Shown piece by piece: positions 24,561 to 36,737 of a stretch of 64,000 nucleotides of DNA; within the stretch, counting starts at the first letter, position 1, and each line of letters starts with the position of its first letter. The DNA is from Phoronis australis (Eukaryota; Animalia; Phoronida): NCBI GenBank assembly GCA_002633005.1, contig NMRA01000369.1, forward strand, positions 82,614 through 146,613, in the 5' to 3' direction. Under the pieces are notes generated by a model. That model had not been told where the DNA came from, did no database searches, and saw only the letters and a list, made by a program, of their open reading frames with translations. A program made the position numbers and the translations under genes.

Positions 24561-25413
24561 ATTCGTCCTCTTCTGTCGTCATCTTCATATGAACCCATCT
24601 GTCAGTATTATTAAAGTAGGATAAAATGAACAATAACGATGTTGATTGATAGAGTGAACTTAAGTACTGATTGAGACATCCTTATTGCAAACAACAAATT
24701 GAACAATTATGAACATTCAATAAATTGCATAAAAGAATACATCAAAACGGTAGGGCGACAAATTGTTCGTTTTTGCACAGTTTATCATGGCCGGTTTCGC
24801 CGACTTCGGCCGAATCGCCTTACATGAACGTACAATCATGTAACTGTGCTGATTTTTGACACTAATGCTGCTTCTGTAGGGAGGACATCTCTGTGACGTC
24901 AAAAGCATCCATGCGACATGTATTAGGCAATCTAAGTTAGCTTGCTCGTCACAGGCCTACTCTGAAGCGAGCCTTAGAGATTCCTTGAACAAATCGGGCG
25001 AGAAAAAAATGCACGCCTAATTTAGTGGGTCCTTGGTTCAGTCATTTGAGCTTCGCCAGCTCAACCAGAGGACAAGCGGATAAGAGGAGCGTTTCCCCTC
25101 AATCTGAGAAGCAGAATGTCCCTATATAAGACATGTGTCAGTTGTCAAAGTTGCAGGGAAGGCCATTTTGCCATTCACTTCCCTCATGGGACAATTCCTG
25201 CTGCAACTTTTGGTGACCAAGAGGTCATTGTGGTACGCCAGCCTGGCTGACGTACATTGTCCAGTGCTTGGACTTTTTCATTTGTCGCAGCTCCGATGTA
25301 ATACATTTAAGCGACTGGCAATGAGCATGAGAGACAACGTTTCTATTGTAAGGTAACAATTGGCAGACCGTCTGCCTCGATCATTTCAGTCAAAATAGCG
25401 CCGCAGAGAAGAC

Positions 25414-26270
25414 CCTTGTTATGGGGAAACTAAGTTGAGGCTGATCTAGAGGAGTGTCACTTAGAAACACCTATTCACTGAAGATCAGCGAATAATCTCT
25501 TGTTACGTGGAATGTAGGCCACGGAACTTTCAAGTCGTGTTTCAGCAATACACAACAATTCCCACAAGCGGACTGACCACGCGTTATAAGGAAATTTGCT
25601 CGGGACTGACCGAGTCGAGTCTCAATAAGAGACATTGGTCCCCATGAGACCAGGTACTGGTCTCTCGTCAACGGGAAAACTAAATCGACGACTGTACAAG
25701 TCGTGTCCTATTAAGAGATAGTTCTTCCCAAAAGAGGAATGGCCTCTAGTTCTGTGGGGAAACTAAGCTGGGGATTGAGCAAATCCCATCTCCGTGCGAG
25801 AGAATAATTCCACGATGAGACTGCTTTCGCGTTATAGCAAAATTGGTCCCGAAACTTATCAAGTCATTTCCCGATAAGATAGTTTCCAAGAGAGACGACT
25901 GATCTCTCGTTAAAGCGAAATTAACCTGGGACTGGCGGAGTCCTGTCCCAATAAAAGACTATTAGAGGAAACTAAGCCGGTGACCATACAAGTCGTGTCT
26001 CATTAAGAGACATTAGTTTCCACGAAAGCAGACTCTTGTTATCTGGAAAAACGGACCGCACGGTACTGACCAAACCCTGTCTCACTTGAGAAAAAACGCC
26101 ATGGGTTCTTCCAGTTCTGACAACAGTACCCACGAGATCAGGAATTTATCCCCCGTTATAAGGAAACCAGAGTTCCCACGAGTACACTCTCTCGTAACGA
26201 GAAATTTGTCCGAGGACTCATCAACACGTATATCATTAAGAGACAATATTTCCCACAAGAGGACTTTCTT
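25414..26270. repeat. Old degenerate tandem repeat, ~81-bp unit, about 10 copies
   Basis: Recurring TCTCTCGTTAT..GGAAA..GGGACTGACCAAGTCGTGTCTCAATAAGAGACA..TTCCCAC with starts near 25496, 25577, 25661, 25743, 25823, 25903. Confidence 0.75.
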
Positions 26271-26823
26271 GCTAGGGTCACTACGCCATTGACTGGCCAA
26301 GGCAAGTCTCTCGATCACCAAGTCCTTACAAATCTTGTCGATGCTCTCGCATCCAGTTCTTGTTCAACGTCGTTTACTTTGATGTTTTCACTTATTGTAT
26401 AGTTAGGCTTCTAACATTTTCTTTAGTTTTGCGCAGAGTACATTTCAGAAGAGCGCGTGGTTCGGCCATCACAGAGTTTACATCTGCTGTTTGAGAAGGT
26501 CTAAGAAAAATGCAACTATGTCTACGAGAAAAAAATAAATAGGATTCATTTGTCTCCATCAGTGATCACAGGAGTCGGATGAAATCCAAAACTCAACGAC
26601 AGGGTAATCCAGTGATATGCTTAAATTTAAAACGGGCTCTGAACTGAAACACTCAAACAAATGTTGACGTTTCTTGCATTGCGTAAATCATTAACCATAG
26701 AGCAAGTTAATGTTGCTATCCAATGGGTGTACTGGTAGTGTTTAAACCTAATGAGCTATAGATGAACTATTAGACTAGCTGGCCACCACTCCACCATGAA
26801 ATCCTCTGCCTCGTAGAGATGCT

Positions 26824-26847
26824 CTACGCGTCTTCAGGATCAGCACC
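26824..26847 (-). CDS. Candidate terminal coding exon of the small RHIM-like protein (GADPEDA*)
   Basis: Phase-0 acceptor GCTGTTGCAG| compatible with the donor at 28200; other acceptors (e.g. ~27400, ~26500) cannot be excluded. Confidence 0.3.
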   Translation of the reverse strand, partial: GADPEDA

Positions 26848-28200
26848 CTGCAACAGCGTAACGTCATTGTAACAAGGAAAACAGTATAGGGTTATCATGA
26901 CCTGTTAGACAAATGCTACCAGTTAAAGTCAAGTAATTGCAAAAAAGATCATAGAGAGTTTGACGCCATAATTAGTGTTTTGGACAGGCACAGACCAAAT
27001 AGCCGGCTCTGAATTCACTGGCCAAAGCGGCTGTATGCCATCCCCATTATGCGATTAGTCATGTACATATACATGTAGATAGTCATCGGGTTCTTCATGT
27101 AGCGGGCACCACACGTGCATGCGTTCCACAACTCATAATTTAAGGACGTCCACTATGAGTAGGTCATCCAGGGCTTTCGATGCTTCAATTTTGGGGTCAG
27201 AATACAAACCTCTCTGAAAATGCCTAAAAATCACACGAAATTATCTTCATCTGGCCCCCAAATTTCATTCCCGTGATTATAATTCCCCCTAAGTTCTATT
27301 TACCACTTTGGACTCGAACAGATCCTCAGCTTCAGAAGGTTTCACTAACTGGTAAAATCTTTTCTTCCATTGTTAACATCCTCGATGTGGATGACAAAAT
27401 CTGGAGTGCTTTATTGGAATTGCACGGCTATTGCTGATATTACCAGTAAAGAACGAGATTCATTGGAGGCTACAGCTCACTGGCTGACATACCACTTGCT
27501 GATGCAAACTATTTCTTATTCACACAAACAACCAAAGCGCCCAAATCAGTCACTATATAATTTTGAAGCGAGAAAACGACAAATCTACCTGAGGGCCCCC
27601 ATGGAAAGCAGTGTGAACTGATGGGGCTACCCTCGTTGTAAATTTTACATTAATAAGTAAATAAATAAATAAATAAATACAATAATACCCCCCCGGCCAC
27701 CTTGTCCATGTAGATTGATTGTTGCACATTCAAAACATTCAAGGAAATTTATTGTCTTCGCGAAAATTCAATTCAACCTTATTCACTTCACATATATAGA
27801 TATATAAAAATTATCTGTCACTTATAGTTTTTACAGATGAATTTGAAGAACACATGAAACCACTTTACACCCGTAGTAATACTCAGAGATAAATAAAATC
27901 CGCTCATATCAGCCAAAACTCCATCGACAGATGCACAAGACATGTGACGTGGTCAGCCTTTTATGGAGACTCAATTCAGATGATAGTTAATAAAGTCTAT
28001 CAAAATAAAGAACGAAAAAGTGAAAACGTTATGCAATTCTTATCTTAACACCAGCTGCCCGGCCGTGACTCCTGCGTCAATCACGATAAAAATGATCAGG
28101 TGGCATGGCCCTTTTGTGCCCGCTCCGTGTGTGTTGGAACCAGTGAAAGCGTCATGGCATGATTTTGAACGATAACTAGCCCAATGGTGTTTTTGCGTAC

Positions 28201-28377
28201 CTGTTCAGGTGCCAAACCCGCGACAACAGTGTTATGGTTGCCGCTCTGCACGCATTTCATCTCAGCTGCCGAAATGTGGTTTTCATTTCCACAGTGCAAG
28301 TGGTAGTGGTTCACGACAGTGCAGTTGAAGTTGTGTTGTCGGAACGAGGCTCCACCAGGCGCCTCCCCGTGTTCCAT
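28201..28377 (-). CDS. Small orphan protein, RHIM-like amyloid-motif exon
   Basis: Acceptor GATTTGCAG|, donor CAG|GTACGC, phase 0/0, 59 codons: MEHG...NFNCTVVNHYHLHCGNENHISAAEMKCVQSGNHNTVVAGLAPEQ. Confidence 0.72.
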
Positions 28378-29127
28378 CTGCAAATCATAATGTTCACGTG
28401 TTGCAACCTCGGGTAAGAAACAACCGGTTGCAAATTTTGAGGTAAGATAATCCATCACAGTGCTTCATCGTGAAACAGTTGGGGATAGCAAAATTGTGCG
28501 TTGCTTATCTAACCAAAACAACATTGAAGAAATAAGAAAAAAATAATTATTTCCTTACAAACACGTACGTGAATTCATCCGTGAATAATGATTGTGGCGC
28601 AACGAATGCGTGTGTTATTAGCCTGGACCACGAGCAATCTTGTTCATATGCTAGGTTATGTATGACAATTACAGAAAGATAAGTTGACTTCGCTCTCATG
28701 ACCATCCATGGTAATGTCCGTAATACACGGCGACAAATTGCGAAAACGGCGTGCCCGAGCTTCAGTTTTTTTTGCTCAACTAAAGGGACGCCAGTCAGGG
28801 GGATTCATAGGGTTCAGATGTCTCGATCAGTGCCCCTGCACCTTGCTGTTGAAATGTTTCCAGCTCTCATACATGTGTTTAGCGGTACCATCTAGTGAAT
28901 AAATAGTCCACGAGTTCATGAGAATTGCCAAAACACCAAAATACGTCGTGCCGCAAAAAGTAAGTCAAAGTGACATGATACATGGTTCTTCAATTCTAAA
29001 AAGAACTATCCCGCATGTACACGATTTCGGTATGTGATATGTAGGCTTTGATTCAGGTATAGTCAAGTGGGCCAAAAACGCGTGCATGTGCCTGTATGTG
29101 AAACAGTTTCGGCTTCGCGGGTCCTAC

Positions 29128-29249
29128 CTGGCTTTCAGGGCTGCTGGCGCCGCCTATAGGCTTGACTTTGGAAGATTTGAATCCACCGAGCAACCAATAG
29201 AGTAGGCGTTTTAGCTTCGTCAGCCAACCTTCATTCCCGGGTTCATCGT
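29128..29249 (-). CDS. Small orphan protein, amphipathic-helix exon
   Basis: Strong acceptor TTTTGTTTTGCATTGCAG| (phase 1), donor CAG|GTAGGA (phase 0); DEPGNEGWLTKLKRLLYWLLGGFKSSKVKPIGGASSPESQ joins in frame to the RHIM-like exon. Confidence 0.7.
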
Positions 29250-29810
29250 CTGCAATGCAAAACAAAAGCAACGCGGAGCGCTGAAATACACCCACGACAT
29301 GCAGCATCGCAAATGATGTGCTTCTATGAGAGTTTTTAGTATCATAAAAATGGCCATTAGACGGCGCAGAATGTGTCAATCTCGTCTCGTACGCCTACAC
29401 AACTATTTGCCGGGGAGGAGACATTTTTTAAGCATTTCAATAAAAAAAGAAGAATGCACAATTGACACCAACTTAAAACACCCTTTACCTGGTTGGTAAC
29501 TAAGATACGACCATATACATCGGTTAGCCTCGTGTGCCTGTGAACACGGCTTAGCTACGGCGGCCGATTCACAACAATAGCGGAGTTGTTCAACCAGATA
29601 AAAGCTGAAAGCCCCGGAGCCGCAAAACCATAACATGGGAAGTGAGGTCAGACTCGTAAACAAAATGTAAACAAAACGGGTAGTGGCTCAGTGCCATAAA
29701 ATTATTCAATAATGGTTCCTTGTGCCATATGTTAGCCAGTAAACTTGAATCGCCGGAATTTGAACATACTGCCCAATCGAATGAAAAGCCCGGCGGTGAA
29801 GAAAACTCAC

Positions 29811-29829
29811 TGAGTGCCAGATTATCCAT
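29811..29829 (-). CDS. Candidate first coding exon of the small RHIM-like protein (MDNLAL)
   Basis: ATG at 29829 and consensus phase-1 donor A|GTGAGT fit the next exon; an alternative phase-1 donor lies at 30622 (GAAG|GTAGGC). Confidence 0.45.
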
Positions 29830-30724
29830 AGCTAGATAGGGCTACAGCTCTTATAATTGAGGCCTGGCGTCACTATAGGGCCCTCAACAAAAAAGGTGTA
29901 AAAACTGTGGCGACTGGGGCCCGGGACAAGACAATCTGTTGAGTTTCAATGAAAAACCTGCACCAAAGGGCCTCACGATAGCAAGGAATAGGGCCCCCGT
30001 CTCGTCGACACAATGGCCCCTCCATGATGGAAGTCGTGTCGATCGAAATTGGAATTGATTTGCATACACGTCTCGTTGCCACATGTACCCCTCTTATAGT
30101 TTGGCGACGGGGAGGAGGGCCGGGGAGGAGATCGACATTTCTTTAATTCTGGAGACTGGAGACTGTTACTTGAACCCGAGGCAGATCGCCAGCTTTGGGC
30201 CTCTACATGATCGAGTGAGAAGCCAGTGCATTATACGGCGTCCTAGTGCAACGGCATAGGATATGCATGGTCACGTGACCTGACGATAATCGATCCCTGT
30301 CAGGACACTAACTCCGCCGATTTCCCAGATAGAGCAGGCTTTCGGGCTATTGCTGAAGCTAACGGTATGAAAGAGTAGGCTACGCACAGCGTTTAGCTTT
30401 TAACCCTACAAGCCAGCTTAGTGTACATGTGCTAGCTGGTCCTCGGGCAGACAGCGGCCCCTGTCCGTCTGTGCCTAGTGTACGTCTGAGTCCGTAGCTT
30501 TATCAATAAATAACATTGAATGGTTAGAGCTGCTAACTCTGTCGGCCAGATGCAGAAAGCGCATTTTGTTGGCGACGTTGTGCATTCAAGAATTCTAAGA
30601 GGTGTAGTCATCTAAGCCTACCTTCGCACCCCTGGAACATTGTGGAGGAATCAGCTATCTGAGATTTGTAACCAAGAACTTCTATAAAAATATTTTCCAA
30701 GTCGCGATCGACGTAAGCCGCCGT

Positions 30725-30810
30725 GGGAATTTCCCGGCACTGGCCAATCAGGGCACCACCTGCCCACATGTGATATATTTTCGACAGGCGTGTCAACGTC
30801 CCATTGGCGC
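30725..30810. promoter_or_regulatory. NF-kB site plus CCAAT boxes; candidate promoter of the RHIM-like gene
   Basis: GGGAATTTCCC at 30725-30735, CCAAT at 30744, ATTGG at ~30803, in a CpG-rich region ~100 bp upstream of the donor at 30622. Confidence 0.5.
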
Positions 30811-31369
30811 TCAGTGACATATGGACTGTATAGGCTATTCTTACCACTGCCGGTGAAGTGATTTCTCAGCAGTCGGGTGATAACAGAACGTAAAATCACT
30901 ACCGTGACTACGCGAAGCCCTGAATATTTTTACCTTGATGATGTTATTCAAATAGCCTACCATTGTGACTGAGAACGGGGACCTACAGTATACTATCATT
31001 CAACCTTTACTCAGTTGTCAAGGAAAAACTACTGCAGATGAGCTAAACGCTGAACAGGAACTATTTGAATTAATTCGCTGTACACCCGGCGAACAAGTAC
31101 TGCGACCGGCACACTCTGACGCATCGAGCAAAGAACAAACCTTCGCTGCGCTCGTTGCCGCTGCAATGCCCCGGGCCGGGATTTCAACTCACAACCTATA
31201 GACCACAGGGGGCGTGCTCTTGAACTAAAACTATCTATATCATGCTAATAGACAGCTTGTTTGTGCTCCAGAGCGAACCCGGCCTGCTCCTTTCCATAAC
31301 GTTTAATTAAAGCTTTATATTTTGTGCAACCAGTTCGCAGCAAATTCGTCGTGTTTATAACAGACTCAT

Positions 31370-31830
31370 GCCCAAAAGACCAAATCCATTTTTCATGTTG
31401 GTATTAACCACGCGCTTGCTTTTTAAATCGTCTTAATTTGAATATTTGACAAAGAGAGAGTGATTCCTTCGATTAAAATTTACATGTTACCTCCAGCTTC
31501 TTTTTCTTCATCGTCACTCAGCATTCGTTTACTTTGAAAGAATTTTCTTCATATTGCACAGTGGAGTAGACGATGGAAACGAAGTGGCAGTGGCCAGCGC
31601 CACTGCCGGGATCGCCTGGGATATCAAGTGCCTATCGACCGAGAGCGGCGTTAATTGACTGTTACGATTGTGCCAGTTGTCTGGAGTCAGACTCTTGAAA
31701 TCCCACATACATAGTATAAAACTCGACACAGTGTCAAATCTTGTTTCGGTCGTATATATACTGGGATTAATTAATAACCTCGATATTCCGCCAAGGACGG
31801 GGGGGGGGCGACCCTCTGGCCCGCCCCTCT
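31370..31830 (+). repeat. Dispersed repeat related to 4400-4900
   Basis: Shared CCCAAAAGACCAAA, TTTGACAAAGAGAGA, TTGCACAGTGGAG..GACG, CCAGCGCCACTGCCGG. Confidence 0.75.
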
Positions 31831-31887
31831 AAATCCACCTAAGTATGTACACGTACATTTAGTGATTTTAGCAGGGGATCACAGCGA

Positions 31888-32156
31888 TTTCATGGCCGTG
31901 CCTTCTAAAATACAGTTTCAGTCCCTAGATACGTCCCGGATCAGCAGACACCCAACCCCCAATACAAATTCCATATCTATGCCCTAGAGGACATGACACG
32001 CACTGAAAATACTCCAAACCCAGTCACCAGATTTGGAATACCCAATGATCAAATCCAGGATCCAGGACTGTAGTTTGGTTTGTACCATGACTTAAGTGGT
32101 CCAGGATTGGAGTTTAGGGATTCGAAACTGTAAGTTTGAAGGCACAGCCATGCAAT
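31888..32156. mobile_element. MITE-like element with ~45-bp imperfect inverted ends
   Basis: CATGGCCGTGCCTTCTAAAATACAGTTTC vs GAAACTGTAAGTTTGAAGGCACAGCCATG. Confidence 0.55.
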
Positions 32157-32643
32157 TTAGAAGGCGCACCATGGAAAAGTTTAAGTGATAAGGACAAAGA
32201 CATATAACAGTCCAATAGCAAAGTTGTATTCAACTAAACTGGAATAACTAGACAAAGCTTACACCATTTTCACCATCAAAATTTGGAACAACGAAACTAA
32301 ACATCAAATTGGTAAAGCGATTACAATCCAGCATTCCCTCGAAGAAACTATCTTCTGATTTCGACCATTTACTGGTTTAAATTGACCTCGATTTTTTCTT
32401 TACTCGGCTAAATCACAATCAAGGTTCATGTTCGAGAGTTCACTTTGTTACGGTCTAAAATAAAATTTTTGGTCACTTACTAAATGCCAACTGAATCTCA
32501 TATGCAAAGAGTTATTTAGTTGTGCACATTAAAAAAGAATCATCAACATCGGACAATGTTTGAGAAATTTATGCATGTTTTTGTCTATGAATTTCATGCA
32601 TTTTTAGCATTACGAGTGGCCATTATAAAAATTACAATTTTCA

Positions 32644-32990
32644 ATTGTCAACAGTAGAAACTCTGTTAGTATTATCTGCAGAGAACCCAATAAGGAGTTA
32701 CTGTACATTAAAGAGTCATTGGCCATTCAGAACCAGCATGCCACTGATTCTCTGAATAACATGTAGAGCTCTGTAACCCTGCAGCTATGGTGATGACCAG
32801 CTACCGACCTTATTCTATGTATCTCTCACTTCACTCTATGGATGTTACCTGAGCTGTGTGTTGGCACTTGTTCTCCTAAATTGTTGTAAATATGATCCTG
32901 ATGATGTCTAATGAAAAGATGAAACGTTGAATTGAACATGAACTTTTTTATTTGTGCGGCGATTGTCCGGTTTTTAATCTTATTGTGGCC
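32644..32990 (+). mobile_element. 5'-truncated Penelope-like element remnant (GIY-YIG C-terminus plus 3' repeat)
   Basis: Frame from 32665 reads VSIICREPNKELLYIKESLAIQNQHATDSLNNM*SSVTLQLW*, like the PLE endonuclease tail (L-IKE-L-I...SLN...LxL); followed by a hammerhead-like core. Confidence 0.72.
32890..32935 (+). ncRNA. Minimal hammerhead ribozyme-like motif (probably degenerate)
   Basis: CTGATGA (32898-32904), short stem II GTCT/AGAT, GAAACGTT (32921-32928); stem I pairing is poor. Confidence 0.55.
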
Positions 32991-35900
32991 AAAAACTGAT
33001 TTAATTTATCAAGTAAGCAATTGCTTAGATATGACTGGGAATAACTTCAGTCGCTTTTAAAATCACTTACATGAAGTTGTGCTTAATCATTGAGAAATGG
33101 TAGGCTTCATCATAAAACAGGCACTCGTTACGAAATTTGTAAATTCTGTGTTTCTAACCCTCACCAAGTGTAAAGAAGATTAAAAACTAAAGTTCAGACT
33201 CTCTCATAAAAAGAACTGCAGAATATGTTAGCCTAGGCAACACAGCAAATTATTCAATATCTAAATAAACCAAAATTTTGGATATTGACTGGGTTCTGCT
33301 ATGTTGAAAATGGGCCAAAAAGGCTAACAAAATGTAGTGTATGTACCCCCATGTGGAACTCAGTAACACAAATGGTCATTGCAAATGAAATTATTGCCTT
33401 TTAAATAACAACATGGTACTTATTATCATCAAAGAAAAATAAATGGCCATACAACCTTACGTTACCATGTGATGCAGAAACTGTGATGTAGTGTACGTAC
33501 CCCCATGTTTACAAATGCCATGAAATTAAAATATTACTTGATAAGTGAGCAACACTAGTAACAGACAGTTCCCTTCCTCAAAGATGTTAGGTTGAAAGGG
33601 TGTTTATTACAATTACATTTGTTTTGAGTGAAATATTAACATTTGTGTAGTGTACGTACCCCTATATTTTAATTTGTGCCTATTTTCAAAGTACGGCAGA
33701 TATGCACATGGATGCTGTTTTTTATTTTTTCTCCTTGAATTGATTTAGTAAATAAACTAACTCTCAGTAGATTCTTAGTATTTAGTTACAAACCTGACAT
33801 GACATTGAAATGTAGTGTACGTACCCCTGTGTAGTGTACGTACCCTGGTGTGAACAAATGCCATGAAACAAAAATATTACACGGTAAGTCAGCAACATTT
33901 GTCACAGACAGTTTCCTCCATTAAAACTGCTATGTTAAAAGGATGTTAATTACAAATACATTTGTTTTGAGTGAAATATTAGCATTTGTGTAGTGTACGG
34001 ACCCCTATATTTTAACATGTGCCTGTTTTCAAAGAATGACAGACAGATATACACATGTACATGTATGCTGTAATTTTTATTTGAATAGATTTGGTAAATG
34101 AACTAACTCTCAGTAGATTCTAAGTATTTTTTATAAACCTAACAAATCATTGAAATGTAGTGTACGTACCCCTGTGTAGTGTACGTACCTTCAACCTCTA
34201 TGCTATAAAGTATTGCCCACAAGTATACATACTGCTGTTCTCATGAACAATACTGATATTTCCAAAATGCATCCAGTCTGACTAAAAAAAAAACAATGGA
34301 CATTATCAAATTTGTGAGCAATAAAATGCCACACAGGACTTGGCTAGTACTTCTAGGATGTTAAAACATCCTAGAAGACATGTCATGTGACAACTGATGT
34401 TGCATAGGCAGGTTCTCTATCTCTCAAGACAATTTGCAACAAACCAACTAGGAGGCAGCACAAAACTCGAGACCATCCCAATACATTTGTAACTTAGTCA
34501 AAATTTGAAGTTGATTGACTGGGTAGTGTACTACCCCCCAATCAGTACCATTTTTACTGTTTACAAGTGGAACACTGGGCCTAGCATTGCTTTAAATACC
34601 AACTGGTGAATGTATTGGAAACTAGGCAAATAGCACCAATAAAGTTTTTGAAAAAAGTAGTTACTTGTCATTTCTTTTTGTAAGAATTATATTACAAGAG
34701 AGGAACTTCTCATTATACTATGTTAAGATATGCAATGTATCATCATCTAGAACAATTTGATCAGCATGTTAATAAATTTTCCTTACTTTAGTATGTGATA
34801 CTTCTTCAATTTGATCAAGAACTTGTTAAATTAACTGTTACCTTATGAATTTATGCATGGTAGAAGTTGGCTGTGACCACAAGTTGTAGTGTACGTACCC
34901 TTTTGAACAACTGTGATGCATTACGCCATAAAATTTTATTCGGTGGTTCTTGTGCAAAAATATTTTAGATTACAAACCTGGAATGATGGTACTTCAAAAT
35001 AACCCAGCTTTTACAGTTATATGAAAAACTTCATTTTTCACCAGAAGTGGCCACCGAATGTGGACCTTGATTGTGATTTGCCCGACTTGGTACCAAACTA
35101 GTCGGCAGCCCAATGGTCATCTCTTAACTCCTGTTGGCAAACGAAGGAGAACCTTCCCTGGCCAATCTGATTAAACCAAAGATTCAAAAAATATTCTCAG
35201 TCTTAACATTAGACACTTCATTCAAATGTTAAAGGGTCACTGCAACCTAGCACGACACACACACATCATCGGGCATAGTTGTAGCACATGAGTGTGGTAC
35301 TTAGTATGTTGAAATATCTAAACATCTGGTATAGTCTTGCCCAGCTTGCCATAGGCTAAGGAGCACGCCACTAGATGGCACCATTGCATCCTTACAATGT
35401 ATAATGCATGGCAACAAATGGAAATTCTCTGCATTTTCTTAAAAAATACAGACATATATGAAACCTCCTTTCATAAAGAACCTGTTGATCGATAACAAAG
35501 CTCTCGTGAGTTTTAGCTCAAGTGTTTCAAGCAATGGGCCCAGCCAGCTAGACTGCACATGTCAGACGCACCCCGGCAAAAGACATCTGACCCCCCAAAC
35601 TCCTTTTTTCGCTATTTACTCGGATCATGGGAAGAAGTTTTTGGTCATAGAAAGAAAGAAGTGATATTGCTCAAGACCATGCTCGATGAATAAAATGATA
35701 TACCAAGTCAATTTGTAGAGCTTGGTCTCAATCAAAAACAAATACCAGTTGTTTCCAAGCCCAAAAATTACACATATCTTGACTAAGGAACAATTTGATA
35801 CCAATGTCATAATGAATGGTCTAAATCAAAAGTTGGCTTTTGTGCCTGAATATGAAAGGTTTGTAACCACCTCAATTATTAATAATAATAAGATTATACG

Positions 35901-36652
35901 CTAATGCCAATTAATTCAACATCATGTTAGGAGGTGGAACAACATGATCACCTTTGACCTTTCCTCAACAGTACTGGCTCCAGTCATAATTCAGAATTTG
36001 TAAACAACATTCAACATACATGTACTACTCTCCAGCATTTTGAAAGCACAATGGTGACAACTGGTGGTCACAAAGGGTCGAGTTAACAAAGCCCATACGC
36101 AATTTCTTTCTCTAAATATACGTGAATCGTTTGAACTTCCCCGCACAGTAATGGTAATTTGAGGAACAGTGAGAGCAAGGTACATGTTACCAAAGAAATT
36201 AGACAAATGCTGTGGCATACCGCTACTTAAAAAAATCTTGGTCCACGTTACATGTCATCTGAACGTTCTAACATCATCTAATGACACAGTACATATATTA
36301 TGTTGCCCCCATAATGAAACTGGCTATTACACGTACATCTATTTAAAACAAGATAATAGATTGAAGCTAATCAATTTTCAACGTCCTTTACAAGCAAATT
36401 AGGTTTATGGACCTGCATCCAAAATAAGGCGACTAAGCCTCACTTGTAAGTACAGGCAGCTATCTCTTTTAACAGCGAAAGTCTTGAATAGTATCTTCTT
36501 CTATGAGTAAGCTGCCCGTCTTTGAACTTTAACAAAGACTACCACTGGGTTTGAGCTTCTCTCAACATTGCTTCATGGTTTGCTCAGGAATTCCACACAT
36601 ACATTGTAAGTACACAATCAAACAACTGTCAGGAGAGTCCAGAAGATATGTG

Positions 36653-36737
36653 TTACCTGCGTCCTCCATTAAACACATTACTGACTGCCACCTTCAAAGC
36701 TGGCCAGAGAAGGGACAAATTCCTTCTGTACCATTCC
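36653..36737 (-). CDS. COA8: COA8/APOPT1 exon 4
   Basis: Acceptor GTGTTTCAG| phase 2; EWYRRNLSLLWPALKV..* corresponds to the conserved WYKRNF motif. Confidence 0.85.

Larger units (their letters stand above)
32404..35085. mobile_element. ~2.7-kb non-autonomous TIR DNA element with internal repeats
   Basis: Left TCGGCTAAATCACAATCAAGGTTCATGTTCG vs right reverse complement TCGGGCAAATCACAATCAAGGTCCACATTCG; ~10 internal TGTAGTGTACGTACCC motifs and a ~340-bp internal direct repeat; no ORF. Confidence 0.75.
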
